From NCBI GenBank assembly GCA_951406725.2, contig OX597820.1:115878001-115942000 (forward strand): a stretch of 64,000 nt of DNA, given 5' to 3'. The notes beneath the pieces were generated by a model that saw nothing but the letters and a program-made list of their open reading frames with translations, was not told the origin of the DNA and ran no database searches. Made by a program: the position numbers and the translations under genes. Shown here in pieces: positions 39,633 to 54,390 of the stretch; within the stretch, counting starts at the first letter, position 1; every line of letters starts with the position of its first letter. This DNA is from Octopus vulgaris (taxonomy: Eukaryota).

Positions 39633-40624
39633 TATGTAAAATTTAAACAGAAAATTGAATGAAAATGTAATGTGTTTCAGTAGTTTGTCACTAGACTGTG
39701 CTGAAGTTATGGTACCGCATTCATCTGAAGATATCAACTGCCCGTACATGGAGACTGGTACTTATTTTAACGATCTTTGAAGTTGCATTCTTGTAGGATT
39801 TGAACTCCGATGTAAAGGACAAGGTGTTTTGCTCCAAGGTCTATCAATTGCATTTCCCACATTCACTCTCACAATATGTTGTGATTATCAAAATATGATT
39901 CGTTAACGTTATTCTTTCGTTGGAAGGCGGTGAGGTGGCCGAATCAGTAACACTTCAGACAAAAATGTTTAAGCTACATTTCTTCCAACTCATTACGTCC
40001 TGAGTTCAAATCCTGTCGAGAGTGATTTTACGTTTCATCTTTTCAACCATCTCTTGTGCCTATAGAAGAGAAAATTATGAAAAGGCAGCATTTTTCCTGA
40101 CTCTTCACGTTCAGGGTTCCAATTCAGCCGAGGTCGAGTTTGTCTTTCATCCTTTCGGGGTCGATAAAATAAATACAAGCTGAGCATTGGGTCAAGGTAA
40201 TCGACTAACCGTTTCCTCCTGAAATTGTTGGCCTTGTACTAAAATGTGAAACCTTTATTCTTTGGTTGAACAAACGAGTCAATTCCAAACGTTTAAACCA
40301 TGCCTGGCTCATAAGGGCCTGTTTCCGGTTTCCTTGGCGTATAGGTTCCCCACCTGGACGGGACGCCGGTCCGTCGCAGGTAAGCTGCAAGATGCAGGAG
40401 GAAAGAGTGAGAGAAAGTTGTGGCGAAAGAGTCAGCAGAAGTTCGCCATTACCTTCTGCCGGAGCCGCGTGGTGTTTAAGTGTTTCGCTCATAAACACAC
40501 ACATCGCCCGGTCTGAGATTTGAACCCGCGATCCCTCGACCGCGAGTCCGCTGCTCTAATCACTAGGCCACGTGCTTCCACACACACATACATTCATACA
40601 TACAAACAAACAAACAAACAAACA

Positions 40625-41810
40625 AATATGGTGGTTGTCTACTCCTTGTGCAGAGTCTGACCACTTCTTTACCTACACTTTAGATCCATCATGGCGTCTG
40701 ATGTGGCTTTTTAAAACTAGACAATGTATTGAAAAGACACCCACATAGATTGCATATCCGATTTGGACCAACAAGAGCTGCAGTTAAGTTCTGATCTTTG
40801 TGTTTTGAAATTTCTTTTGACGCCTCCGTTAAAATTGCAGATCTTATGGCATACTCGACATTGAAAGGTGTGCACAGGCATATAGGCAGAATAGTTAGTG
40901 GAGGTTCGTTTTTCACGGGTTCTCAGAGATTTGAGCCCAGCAAAAGAAAGGCATGGTCTATCACAAAAAGGTCACTGAAATCCACCTTCTCGATCGCAAC
41001 ATTCTTCTTCAAATCTAACTTGAGTCTTGCATGTGTTATCCTGGCCTCCTCAGACGCTTTCACTCCACTCCACACTTTAGTTCGCCATCCAGCTCGATCC
41101 GAAGTAAGGGTTTCTACGGACTTTGGATCCATTCAAAGTGACTCTGTGGTAGTCCTTATGCCGTCCTTAAACCTCTATTTAGGTTTGCACCGATTGCGTT
41201 TCCGTTCTGCAAGCTCGCCACAAAACAGCTGTTTGGGTGTGTGTTCATCCGCCATTCGAACAATATGGCCAGACGATCTCATTTGATTTTTCAGAATCAT
41301 GCCTGCAGACGCAAAGACATCTGTGTCTGAATAAAAAAGCTCCATTTAATGTTTAATTTGCGGCGAAGATATTTTTGGTGGAATCGTTCTAACAATTTGA
41401 AATGTCTTTCATAACACGTCCATGCAACAGGAGTGGTAAGACAAACGATTTGTAAAGAACCAATTTGGGGTTGTTATTTATATGTCGTTGGCGCCAAACG
41501 CTTGACCCCAAACCACCAAATGCTTGTGCTGCCCTTTGAATTCGCAGATGTATTTCCGTCATTTTGTATAGAGCTTCCAAGGTAAATGAGTCAACAACCT
41601 CAAGCAACTTAGCCTTGATGAAAATTTTAGTGGGGTTGCAAACTGCACTGCGTGAAAGTTGAAACAGTACAACTGTTTTTTTCAAGTTGATGGTCAACCC
41701 AAAATCATCACAAGCTGAGTCAAATACAGATACAAGAGCTTGCAGACTTGTTTCAGAATGACTGACAAGATCGCAATCGCCAGCGTCTAAAAGTTCCTTA
41801 ATGAGTGAAG
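40625..41810 (-). mobile_element. RTE-clade LINE 3' part, decayed
   Basis: FDSACDDFGLTINLKKTVVLFQ, EIHLRIQRAAQAFGGL, GHIVRMADEHTPKQLFCGEL, DRAGWRTKVWSGV, and a terminal CxxC finger. Confidence 0.85.
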
Positions 41811-42389
41811 GAGCCTTGGATCTAGGTTAGAAACCGGCTCTTTCTCTAGTGGCAAGAAATCTTGAAATAAAACTGAATAATGACATACATATGTGTATGT
41901 TTTGTGTGTCTTTTGACAACCGGTGATGGTTTGTTTACGTCAAGTAGTCAAATCCACATCTTTATTTCTAGTAATGAACCACCGTTATTGACTAGGTTGA
42001 ACCCCACCCACCCCATATATACTTATGAATGTTTCATCACTGACAAAAATCCCTTGATTTTACGAACTGATGCTGGAGCTTTCACTTAGTCGTTCGAACT
42101 GCTAGAAATAGCAGCCAAAACGCTTTCAAATCATATCTTAAAATGGGACGCATTGGAAAATACAGGTTGCTCACAGTCGGAACATCTTTGCTCAAGGATA
42201 TGCTCGATCAGGGCTGACATAGAACTAAAACCCACGACCAGCAAACGTACGGCTAATATCGAAATAAATTAAAATTGAGTTGCTCTTGAGATTGAAGAGT
42301 TTCCTATGAGCAAATAACTTATATTTGACCTTGTTAATCTCCTTCAAAGTGTTTAAAATCACATTTTTGAAAACGCAAGGTTTGAATAT

Positions 42390-42436
<47 letters not shown>

Positions 42437-43251
42437 CCTCTCTCTCTCAGTATTTAAAGATTATAAGCTCAGATCAGCCCAGTTTTATAAGAGAAGTAGA
42501 CGACAAGGCTTATGAAGTGATGAGGTGAAGATGTAGATTATTCCAATTAGGAATATGATTAAGTTGAGAATAAATCAATAGTTTTATTTGTACTTATGTG
42601 CAAGTGTATTTATAAACCGGTATATACACAGCCATATCAGTGGCAAAGGAGAAAATTTAGAAACTAGTACATGTGCGCGCACGCGAAGAGAGTCATATTT
42701 GTGTCAAAGGAGAAACCGCTGCTTACATAAAAGTTAACGGATAAGAACAGCTTTTCAGATTTCTAAACTCGCGACCATCATTCATGACTAGTGCCATCAA
42801 TTTAAAAATTGTACATTCCTATGTACAGTAATGTTAATAATAAAATTTTGATTACATGTTTGCAAATTACTTGGCATTTAGTTGAGGGCGGTTAAGATCT
42901 GTATGTGAGGGAAACACGTTGTAAGCCACGGAAAGAAGCAAGTTCGGTTGAAAATTCACAAACTGTCAATTATTTTTTCCCTTTTTTTCCTGTTAATTAG
43001 GAAACCATCATTGCTCCAGTTGCTCTTTATCTCCGTATAAAGCTGTTATTTACTCGTCATGGAAAACGAAGTCATAGTAAAAAAAAAAAAAAAGTCAGAA
43101 AAGAGAGTCGAACGAAAAAATGTCCCATTTTCTTAAGCAACATAAAACAAATAAGATTTTAAATTGTTTATTAACCGTCAGTAAATAATTTGTATACAAG
43201 AACAGCTCAGTTAATGACATTACACGCATGTAGGGGGAAAATTCAATACCT

Positions 43252-43485
43252 ATTTCTATTTCTTTATTGCCCACAAGGGGCTAAACACAGAGGGGACAGA
43301 CAAGGACAGACATGGGTATTAAGTCGATTACATCGACTCCAGTGCGTAACTGGTACTTAATTTATCGACCCTGAAAGGATGAAAGGCAAAGTCGACCTCG
43401 ACGGAATTTGAACTCACAACGTAACGGCAGATGAAATACCGCTAGGCATTTGGACCGGCGTGTTTACGTTTCTGCCAGGTCACTG
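43252..43485 (-). mobile_element. SINE family B with a 23-bp TSD
   Basis: TGTAGGGGGAAAATTCAATACCT at 43229 and 43486. Confidence 0.85.
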
Positions 43486-43590
43486 TGTAGGGGGAAAATT
43501 CAATACCTTTAATGAAACCATAATTATAATAAGTATTAAATCGGTCATTTATAAAAGTTTTGTTACTAATTATGTATTTTTAATTTTTAG

Positions 43591-43636
43591 TCTACAATAT
43601 AAACTGTTACATTGATTTATAACGTGGCTGTCACCG
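43591..43636 (+). other. Candidate 46-nt internal exon (stops in all three frames)
   Basis: Branch-like TACTAAT, T-rich acceptor TATTTTTAATTTTTAG and donor CCG|GTGAGT. Confidence 0.5.
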
Positions 43637-44220
43637 GTGAGTCCTGCGGCACAGAACGAATATTCATTCTTTATCGTAGGAGTCGTTATTGATACACGTT
43701 GAAAGGTGTTAAAATGTTCGTTATATCTCCAGTTATGGATTTTTCATTTATCTAATATTATTGTCGACAGATTATGTTTCAGGTTGTGTTATATAAGCTT
43801 TAATGAGGGCAGCACTTCAATGAGGACTATTACCGTGATTTGTACTTTTATAATATCTGTATTGTAGACATTTTCTAGAATTCAAATAGTGTAGCTTTGA
43901 ACCGCAGTAATGTGAGGTTCCATAGAAAAAAGAAAAATTAATCACCACGGGGAGTCACAGGTGTCTCCTATGGTTGACGAAGTGCTAAGGCAGAAGGGAA
44001 TTCCAGAAAGGGGCTGGAGCCATAATGGGGTCCTAAGTTCTACAATGTGGTTTTCGGCAACGTGATAGTGTTGATATTAAGTTTTGGTATGCCTAATGTC
44101 AGATGCTGAAATGATTGCAAAGCGACATGAGACGAAATGTTGTTACTACTTGAGAACAGTGGTTCCGGTGCGCGCACTCGCGTACACGCGCATCCGCGCT
44201 AGCTAGTCGTTACTAGTCGA

Positions 44221-44450
44221 GGATCTTTTCCTTTTGAACGGCAGTTTTCAACACAATTTCTAGTTAACTAAACACTTTTAAACTTCGTATACTGGTAGAA
44301 TGTGTCAAAATAAAACGTTTTTTTCTCTTGTCTTTCTTGAGAAAACTGTAATTTGTAAGTTTAACGTAGTTTAATTTTTCGAATTTTAACCAATCCTATG
44401 CCCTCTATTGAGCTAAAATCATTTGCTGCATCTAAAACAGACAACATCCT
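44221..44450 (-). mobile_element. Partial copy of the 61066-61465 MITE (other half)
   Basis: GGATCTTTTCCTTTTGAACGGCAGTTTT TIR, with body matching the reverse complement of 61280-61465. Confidence 0.8.
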
Positions 44451-44811
44451 TCACTAACCTTATTGTTGACTATTCAATTTTCAGGAATCCTCTCTAGCAG
44501 TCTCGCATGTCGGCTCTTCATCTGCTGCAGGTGAAGTTCTTTGACACAACAAAGAAGTGACCCTTCTCCTGTTCTCTTTTGTATTCCCTCTGTTGTTTTC
44601 CCTGAATGGCTGAAATTACAAGCTTCAGCGATCGGTTCCATTCATCGCAATGTAGGGCCTTCTCTTACCAGGTGTCTGGGGAGGTGTTGGAGTTCTTCCT
44701 ATGCCTTTTCAGTTTCCCCCTGTATTGCAACTTCAGGCCACCATGGCACTTCCTGCCTTGATGCATAAATATTACATACATTCGTACATATATGTCAGTC
44801 AGCAATTTTTC

Positions 44812-45150
44812 TCTATGGTTCCGGGTTCAGTCCCACTGCACAGCACCTTGGGCAAGTGTCTTCTACTATAGCCTCGGGCCGACCAAAGCATTGTGAGTGG
44901 ATTTGGTAGACGGAAACTGAAAGAAGCCCATCGTATATATGTATATATGTGTGTCTGTGTTTGTCCCCCCAACATCGCTTGACAACTGATGCTGGTGTGT
45001 TTACGTCCCCGTAACTTAGCGGTTTGGCAAAAGAGACCAATAGAATAAGTACTAGGCTTACAAAGAATAAGTACTGGGGTCCGATTTGCTCGACTAAAGG
45101 CGGTGCTCCTGCATGGCCACAGTCAAATGACTGAAACAAGTAAAAGAGTA
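44812..45150 (+). mobile_element. SINE family A
   Basis: Consensus-like body and tail. Confidence 0.85.
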
Positions 45151-46760
45151 TAGTTCATTGTTTCTTTCTATTTTGTTTTCTGACATTGTATTATCTAACC
45201 ACGAATGACTTTAAATGGTATAAAATACTTTTAGTTTATAAAATTGAACAATATTATTTTAATTTCATTTATTTTTATATACATCAAATTTTATATATAC
45301 ACAATGAAATGTTTTTACTGATTCAAGTTTCTTTACACATTCCTCCAATCAAATGTTTCCCTTTTTGTTTCGTCTCGTTCAATCTTCTTTTAAACCGTTC
45401 CTGTTTCATTGTTCAGAATTTGTATGGCATTCAGACATGTGAAATTCACAGTTAATAACATTCTAGCCTATTTCTTTACTACCCAACAAGGGGCTAAACA
45501 CAGAGGAGACAAACAAGGACAAACAGATTAAGTGCGTAACTGGTACTTAATTTATTGACCCCGAAAGGATGAAAGGCAAAGTCGACCTCAGCAGAATTTG
45601 AACTCAGAACGTAACGGCAGACGAAATACAGCTATGCATTTAGCTTAGCATGCTAACGTTTCTGCCAGCTCGCTGCCTTCGCTTAATAAATATGTATATG
45701 TCATGTCATATATATCTTTGTGTCTGTGTTTTGTCCACCATACTACTTGACAACCGGTGCTGGTTTGTTTACAGCACTATAACTTAGTGGCTTGACTAAA
45801 GAGATTGATAGAGACTTTAAAAGAAGTAAATACTGGAGTTGATTTGTTTGACTATAAACCTTTAGGCGGGTGCTCCAGCATGGCCAGAGTCAGTGACAGA
45901 AACAAGGAGTAAAGATAAAAGATAAAGAGTAAATGACTTAGAAGGAGAAAGGGAGATGTTTGGAATTGTCTTTTGGTCAACTCAGAGGTGAAGACACGTG
46001 GCTTAGTGGTCAGGGTGTTGCGTTCACAAACACAAGATCTGGGTTTCAATTCTCGGGCCAGGTGGTGCATTGTTTTCTCGAGCAAAACACTTTATTTCAT
46101 GTGTTTGTTAGTATCTTCAACTCCATAAAATATTGACAGCTGCCAATGGAAATAAGGAAGAAAATATATAAATATTGACAATGAACTGAGACAATATTCC
46201 TTAATATTGTTGCAACAATAAAAGAAATGGTCAGAGAAAAGAACAATACATATTGATTTGATATTGGCAGATGGTGGTGAAGTGGTAGAATTTTCGAGCA
46301 AGTCTTATTTGGAATGTTTGGTTATTGCTAACTTTCACTTCAAGGAACGGCATTTGGTCTGCTCCACTTAGTCTCTTCTTCCTTCTGTGTTTCTTGTTTG
46401 GTTTACCATTCTCTCTTTTCTTTTCTTTTTCTTTCTTTTGGTTTCCTCATTCCAAGAGTTCATTGTTTCTAAATCATGACAATTCTTGTTTTGGCTGACG
46501 CTCCATTTCAATTCCCCCAAGATATCATTTTTTTATTTTCGTTTTGACCATTTATTCCAACAGATTGTATTTTGTGTATATGCAATAGGTGCAGGTGCAA
46601 GCATGGCTATGGTTAAGAAGCTTGCTTCCCAACCATGTGGTCTTGAGTTCAGCCCCACTGCTCCTCAAGTGTCTTCTACTATAGCCTGGACTGACCAAAG
46701 TCTTGTGAATGGATTTCATTGATGGAAACTGAAAGAAGCATGTCACATGTGTGTATGTAC

Positions 46761-46836
<76 letters not shown>

Positions 46837-47390
46837 TACATGTATGTATGTATACATGTATGTATGTATGTATGTATACATGTATGTATGTATGTATGTA
46901 TACATGTATGTATGTATACATGTATGTATGTATGTATGTATACATGTATGTATGTATGTATGTATACATGTATGTATGTATGTATGTATATATATGTATA
47001 CATGTATGTATGTATGTATGTATATATATGTATACATGTATGTATGTATGTATGTATATATATGTATACATGTATGTTTATGTATCTATATATATATGTG
47101 TGTGTGTGTGTGAACAGGTATTGATGAGCCAGAGGGCTGTTCCAAGTTCCAGTGTCTTCCCCCTTGGCATGGTTTCTACAGCTGGTTGTTCTTCCTAATG
47201 CCAACCGTTATACAGTGTGTGCTGGGTACTTTTTTCATGTGGCACCAGCATTTGTGATTCCACCAAATACTTACAAGAAAAGCTCCCTCAACAGAGTGGA
47301 GTGGAGTATAGTATTGAGGGAAATGAAAGTATGATATAGGGAGAGGTGTGAGTGCCCTGCTGAAGAGGTAAATACATGGCTTCCCCCATC

Positions 47391-47440
<50 letters not shown>

Positions 47441-47655
47441 TGTGAGGTGAATGTGAGAGAAGATAAGGGTAGAACAACAGAAAAGGTAGGTAAGTGTATT
47501 AGAGTGAAAAGAGTGACAGAGAATTAGAAATTCAGTAAAGATTGGTTACCTTCCTGATTCATAGTACATGGACAATCCTCTTGTCCAGTTTATGTCACTA
47601 AAGCTACCTGTAATAAACTAACAAACTGTATACCTGTTATGATAATCAACAGCTT

Positions 47656-47912
47656 TAACCCTTATATACCCCTGGTTGTGTTTTCACAATGCAAAACCTG
47701 CTCCTACTTGTTTGGACATGAATTCCCTGGGAAACATCTGACTGAGCATACAAAATGTTCAGTAGGGAGTCGACCCCTCTTGTCCTTCTCTTCCAGATTG
47801 TGAAAGCTTACCTTAACAATTAATCTAAATACAGTGAAATTTTTAAGACTTTATTTTTGATGGGCATATATGGGTTAAGGGCATATATGGGTTAAGGGCA
47901 TATATGGGTTAA
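47656..47912. mobile_element. TTAA-flanked MITE-like element with a triplicated 17-bp right end
   Basis: TTAACCCTTATATACCC left end. GGGCATATATGGGTTAA x3 at 47862-47912. Confidence 0.6.
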
Positions 47913-48155
47913 GGGCTGTAAATCTATTCCCAACATTGAACTGAACTTTTGCTCTTCTGGTTCAGATTCAGTTTGCTGTTTGTTTATAACAGATTCTTAA
48001 CACAAACACATTCTCTAGTTTGAAAGGAAAAGAAATGGGATTGAGAGACATTCATGCTTTTCTCACATACATTAGTGACCCAAGTGAAATTTCTGCAACA
48101 CTGAATGAAAACAAGGTCATGAGCAGTGGCGGACTGGGTCTAAAAATATTGGTTG

Positions 48156-48190
48156 CTGATGAGGTCCAATAAAACTGAAACATGCCTGGA
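48156..48190 (+). ncRNA. Decayed hammerhead (cleavage-site U lost, 5' strand of helix I missing)
   Basis: CTGATGA-GGT ccaataaa ACT-GAAA-CATG-CC-TGGA. Homologous to 53626-53670, including the downstream flank. Confidence 0.55.
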
Positions 48191-49969
48191 ATAGTTACCA
48201 CAATGCTAAAAATCAAACTCACGCCTCTCTGATTTGCATATTTAATTAATTTTAATTAATAATTAAGAGGTTGTTTCTTCTTTTATTTAACCTGGATTAG
48301 TCATTCTTAAGTAGGTACAGATTGGTCAAATAGTTAAGAAGTTTGCTTCACAACCCTGATGTCCTGGGTTCAATCTCGCTACCTGTCATTTTCCATAGCC
48401 TCATATATTGGGAAAGAAACTGGGTTGATGGAAACTGTAAAGAAGCCTATCAAATGGATTGTACCTAGAGGTGGTAGCTAGAGTCTGTGTCACCTGGAGC
48501 AACTCTTAAGTTTGCTGCTTATACAGGCTTATATGACCCAAATGTGTCACCCCGCTCCATAAAAGTGCCCCTCCCCACTTTAGCTGATAGTACCTGTAAT
48601 TCACAGGCCCAACTTTGACCCAGACTGTGTTGCACTCATTCTGCCTGAAAGTAGCATTAAGGAGACAGATCGCTGTGGAATACTCTGTCACTTACACACG
48701 TATTCAAGAGCAGATTTATTTAGTTGATGAAATATCCGAATCCTTACAATTAAATGATGGAGAACCATCCATTTCTTTAGGTATTCCCTGCCTCTTCGTC
48801 CCATTTATCCCTAGCAAATTTTTGAAGAGTCATTTACCCCCACCCCACCCTACCCAATCCCTGCTTTGTCTGTTTTGTTCTGTAATCTGGGTTTACACTT
48901 CAACTTGTGGCAAAACAACTAACATAGAAGAGGAAATTTCAAACAGAGGTGACAACTCCAGTTTAGTTTCAGTCTTCTGAGACCTCGTCAGTAAATCATT
49001 GTCTAACATACAGCAAAACATGAATTACTTCTGACTTGACTTCAGTGTTTAGTGCTGCCTTTAACAGCTCAGTATTTGTGGGACATCCATCACCAACAAA
49101 GTCTGTATTGATTGGCTGATTTCACTGAAATGTTTCTCCGTTTCTTTACATAGTCCTTTGGCAGCTTCAGCATTTCTTTAGTTTATTAGTTCTATTTTTA
49201 GTATTAGTCTTCCTCACTTTCTTCTTTCTCTCCTTAATAGCTGGGTAATTATTGATCTTTAACACTGGCATGAGGCCACAAATATATAATGGGAGGGATT
49301 ATAGTCCATTGAACTGACTGGAGTGCATGGCTTGCTGCTTATTTTATCATTACCCAGAGGAAAGAAAGACTAAGTTGTTTTGAGTGGAATTTGAACACAC
49401 AAATTAATGGGACGTGTGTTGATAATGCAAAGTATTGAACCTTGGATTCTGTTTATGCCAATCTACTGTCCTTTAAAAAATAAAACTCTTACATAAACAC
49501 CAAAAAAAACCCCAAATAAAATAAAGCCGTGCTTCTCATTTGAATTATGTCCCTGCACTTTCCACTAGCTTCAATCTGGTGATCACCAATTTAACCGCTG
49601 GGTAATATTAAACTGTAGACTTCTGTGTTGGTTCTACTTAGTTTAATGTTATTAGTATATGTTTATGCTGATGAGCAGATTAAAATAAATTTAATCTTTT
49701 ATAGACAGATAGACAGATATTAATCCAAAGCAAGCTCATGTGAAGCACGATCAATTCTCTTGAAGCCAAACACATACATCTGCTGCTTAATTCAACATGC
49801 TGTGTGTGTGTGTGTGTATTTAGCATGTTGGACTAAGCAGTAGTATAGATTTAATTGCAGGCAGGTATATTTAATTTTCATTGAAAATGGTAAAGAGAAA
49901 GTTGGTAGTGTAGGTAGAGAGAGATCGATAGAGAAAGACTAATAGAGAATGATTAACTAGTGAGTAGAT

Positions 49970-50000
<31 letters not shown>

Positions 50001-50849
50001 AAGACAGATAGATAGATAGATAGATAGATAGATAAGGAGGGAAAGAGGATGAGAAGGAAGAAGAATTGTATTGACTGTATGTATTTAAAACAAATTTGGA
50101 AATGTATCAATAAATCATTTATTTTTGTGAATGCCAGTTTGTTTGAGCAAAGCAATATTTCTTGTTATATTCTGAATAATAATATTGATTTTTTTTTTCT
50201 TTCCTTCCATTGGCACAAGACCAGATATTTGGAGAAGTTTTAGGCATTTGTAGTCAACGGAATCACTCCTTAGTCTACGACTGGTATTTTGCTGACCACT
50301 GATAGAACAACACAAGCATTGACCTTGGTTGGATTGGAACAAATAACTTTGGTAGACAGAACTATACACTCTCAGATATTTAGTCTCGTGTTCTACATGT
50401 TTATTGTACTGTTCCATTGCCTTTTGACATGGTGCAGGAGTGGCTGTGTGGTATGAAGCTTGCTTTTCAACCACATGGTCCCAGGTTCAGTTCCATTTCA
50501 TGACACCTTGGACAAAGTGTCTTTTGGTATAGCCCAGTGCCAACCAAAGCCTTGTGAGTTGATTTGGTAGATGGAAATAAAATGAAGCCCATCGCATGCG
50601 TATGTGTGTGTGTATGTGTGTGTGTGTGTGCAGAACCACCACTTGACAAGCAGTGTTAGTGCGTTTCTATCCCGATGACTTAGTGGTTTGGCAAAAGAGG
50701 CCGATAGAATAAGTACCAGGCTTAAAAGAATAAATATAAGGGTTGATTTGTTCAACTAAAATTCTTCAAGGCTGTTGTGCTCCAGCATGGTCACAATCTG
50801 ACGACAGATACGAAAGGAGGGAATATATGTGTGTGTGTGTGTGTGTGCA

Positions 50850-50886
<37 letters not shown>

Positions 50887-51146
50887 CAGTGTCTTTGCTT
50901 TGATATCATGTGACTGATTATATACAACCGAGGCAGCATTTATTTAACCAATTAGCATTTAATCCAGCTATATATCTGGCCCAAATATTCTGCTTGTTTT
51001 CCTGTTCAAACTGGCCAGATCCAGCCTCTCACACTTACCCTGCTGTATCATTCTAAAAATAAACAATCGCATCTTTGAAATTTCAAAACTACATGATTAA
51101 TTCTTAAAAAGTGTGAATAAATAAGCCTTACATTTGACAAAGTAAC

Positions 51147-51741
51147 CTGAATACTAAAAGCTTAAAATAGCCATTTATGTATCATACTTAATGTATGCAC
51201 ACGGTTGATAGACCAGTTACTGTAATTAATTGTTCTGAGATAATATCTCTTATGGACTTGCTCTGTTAAAAACACAATAAATATCTGAGAGAGATGAAAT
51301 GCATTTCGGCTTTCCTGGACCGTTACAATGGGTTGTGCTTGCAAGCCACAACAGGTTCAGATGAGAATTCATTGTCTCCAATATAGGAAAAAGTGAATAA
51401 AATATCCACAAATGCTGTGAATAGCCACCCTGCTGATAGTTTCCAGTGTTGAATTCAATATCTACAGAAAGAGAAATAACTGAAGTAGACTAACTTCCTC
51501 TCCAGGAAGAGAATTTCTTTGTGTCCATTTACCACTTTGGACATTGGAGAAAGGGAACAGTTCACATGATTGTGAAGTGTTTCCATTTGAGGTCAGTGAT
51601 GGGACCCCTTTATAGGAGACATTTGATGCTCTAAGGGAGCAGTTTTGGGATCAAATAACGAACTTATTGCATGCAGTGCCTAGCTGGTGCATTACAACTC
51701 ATCAGAAAAAGTAGCCAAAAGTGTGTGTGTATGTATGTGTA

Positions 51742-51774
<33 letters not shown>

Positions 51775-52362
51775 ATATATGTATGTATGTATGTATGGAG
51801 AACAATGCACAGGAAGTGAACAATAAATGAGTCATTCAAAAAGAGAAGAAAAAAAAGGGGACACGAAAGCAATGTGTCCCTGTGTATCACATGCGAAACA
51901 CTGGACAGGCAGAGGTTTCAGTGGGTTTAGCAAGCAGTGTATTAAGGTGTGCAGAGGATACTTAATTTAAAACCTAAAGAAAACCTGTGAGTAATTTAAT
52001 TGTTAGGTTCTTTGTGAATAACGACCGGATTAAAGGGATCTACAATAAAAAGAAAAGGGAATTACTCAATTTTTACATAATTCCTTATTTTCTTTTGTTT
52101 CCTTTTATCCTTGTCGGTGTTGTTGCTATTGTTGTTGGTCTGGCTATTATTTAAGAAATGGTTTAGTAGCTTTGTGCTTAAAAATAAGACCTCAGCTGCT
52201 GTATTGTTGCAAGTTAAACCGACTACAATGGTTTTAGGAAGATGAGATGTTGAAGAAAGAGGCTGTATTACACATCTTAATTATTTCGTAATAATCATTG
52301 TTTAACATCTGTTTTTTCATGCTGGCATGGATTAGATGAATCATAAGGAATTACATCATCTT

Positions 52363-52417
<55 letters not shown>

Positions 52418-52594
52418 TTTGTGTTGTATGGAGCATTTCGCCTTTTCATCTCTCTCAGATATTTATTGTCTTTAACAGAGCAAGTCCATAGGAGATATTA
52501 TCTCAGAACAATTAATTACAGTAACTGGTCTATCAACCGTGTGCATACATTAAATATGATACATAAATGGCTATTTTAAGCTTTTAGTATTCAG
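51147..52594. repeat. About 150-bp inverted duplication with a 1.15-kb spacer
   Basis: 51147-51299 is the reverse complement of 52444-52594 with few differences. Seen as twin ORFs RYYLRTINYSNWSINRVHTL on opposite strands. Confidence 0.95.
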
Positions 52595-53625
52595 TATGGA
52601 CTGGGTACATTTTATTGTGCCTCTGGCACTAGCATTGTTATTCTATACAAGGAGCATTAAAGGGTCCTTCTACGCTATGTCAATTCTCACTTCAGGTCAT
52701 TGCCTTCCTTGATAGGTAACCTGTGATATGGCTTCAAGAATCAAGTCTCACTCAGACATTCCACTTTACGTAGGTTTTCTACTGTTCAACACTTTTCTTA
52801 CCATCAACCATTCTTGGTATTAAAGTGCATTTAAAAAAAACAAAAACGGGAGGAATTCCAACCACATTTCATGGTTTGCAACCTCAACAGCTCCTTTATA
52901 AGATCCAGTGGCTAAAGACATCATCAGGAGGAACCTCATCCAGTTTCGGCCCCTACTCCTCTACCATTTTCGATGTGGCACCCACTTTTGATGTTGAGTG
53001 TGTTTCCTCTTTCTCCGTTTTTTTCTTTTGTTTTTTTTGTTTGTTTTTTTTTCTTTTTTGATGCAACGTCAACAAATGTCAGAGGGCAACTGACCATCCT
53101 GCCAAAAAGTTTCCCTTTAAATATTCGCTAGTAGGCTCCAGCAGCTAGCACCAGCTAGTTGTCATGTGACACTGTCTAAACTTCAACTGACCAATGGAGG
53201 GGAAGGGTGCATAATCTTAGCTTGCGCCCTCTCTAAACCTGCCTTCCAACAGTGTTGTGTTCGTTTCAGTTCCAGCACCCAGAGCCAACCAGCTGTTGGG
53301 TGGTACAAGCCTTCGAACCAGGATGAAGGGGCGCCATGGACGAGACTGCTACATGTCAATCAGCGATGCTGCTTAAGTGTCAGCCAGTCTCAATATCTAA
53401 AATGATATTGATGATAACATTACAATATGATGCTAACTTAGATAATCGAGTGGACCAAGTAATTAAAATTAATTATAATTTCACCAATAGTTAGAAGAGC
53501 CAAGCATTATCTTAATGACTAACTCTAGTCCAAAAAACAGGGGAGACAACCCTTCGAATTTCAGTGAGCTAAAATTAGTTGAAAATAGACTACTGTGGAA
53601 GTGTGGTCTCTAACAGTACAATGAC

Positions 53626-53670
53626 CACTCCAGATATGTTTCAACCTTATTCGACTTCATCAGTGAAGTA
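53626..53670 (-). ncRNA. Near-intact minimal type I hammerhead
   Basis: TACTTCA-CTGATGA-AGTC gaataa GGTT-GAAA-CATA-TC-TGGAGTG. Helix I has 7 bp with two wobbles. Confidence 0.75.
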
Positions 53671-53780
53671 AAGATCTTTGATGACTAACATGGTACACAA
53701 GGGTTTTTTGTAAATATATTCTGTTACAATGAAGTGTTCAAAATATGTATTCAAGAATACACACACACACATAGATACAT

Positions 53781-53851
<71 letters not shown>

Positions 53852-54390
53852 TACACACATATATACGACAGGCTTCTTTCAGTTTCCATCTACCAAATCC
53901 ACTCACAAGGCTTTGCTTGGCCTGAGGCTATAGTAGAAGACACTTGCCCAAGGTGTCACACAGTGGGTTTGAACCCAGAATCATCTGGTTGGGAAGTAAG
54001 CTTCTTACCACACAACTATATATATATATATATATCAAGTAAAATTTAATTGCCAGCATAGTATGGCTGTCCCTTAAGGGACATTGCTACTGTTTATTAG
54101 CCCCTAGTAACAGTAACAACATCCCTTACAGGACAGCCATACTATGTTAGCAATTTTACTTTAAAGAAATGTTACGGTATGTTTCTCTCTAAGAGATTTA
54201 GAAATAATACTATTTCTATGGAAGACTGTAGGGAATAATTCTTTTATAACTTAAAGGTTTGGTTGCTGTTTAGTTACATATTTAGGAGTTGATTGTAATT
54301 TACTTATTGAATTTATTTACCGATACTGTTGTACATAGGGTAAATATGTTTGAAAGTTGTGGTTTCTTTGGTTTGTTTGTTCCCAAACAG

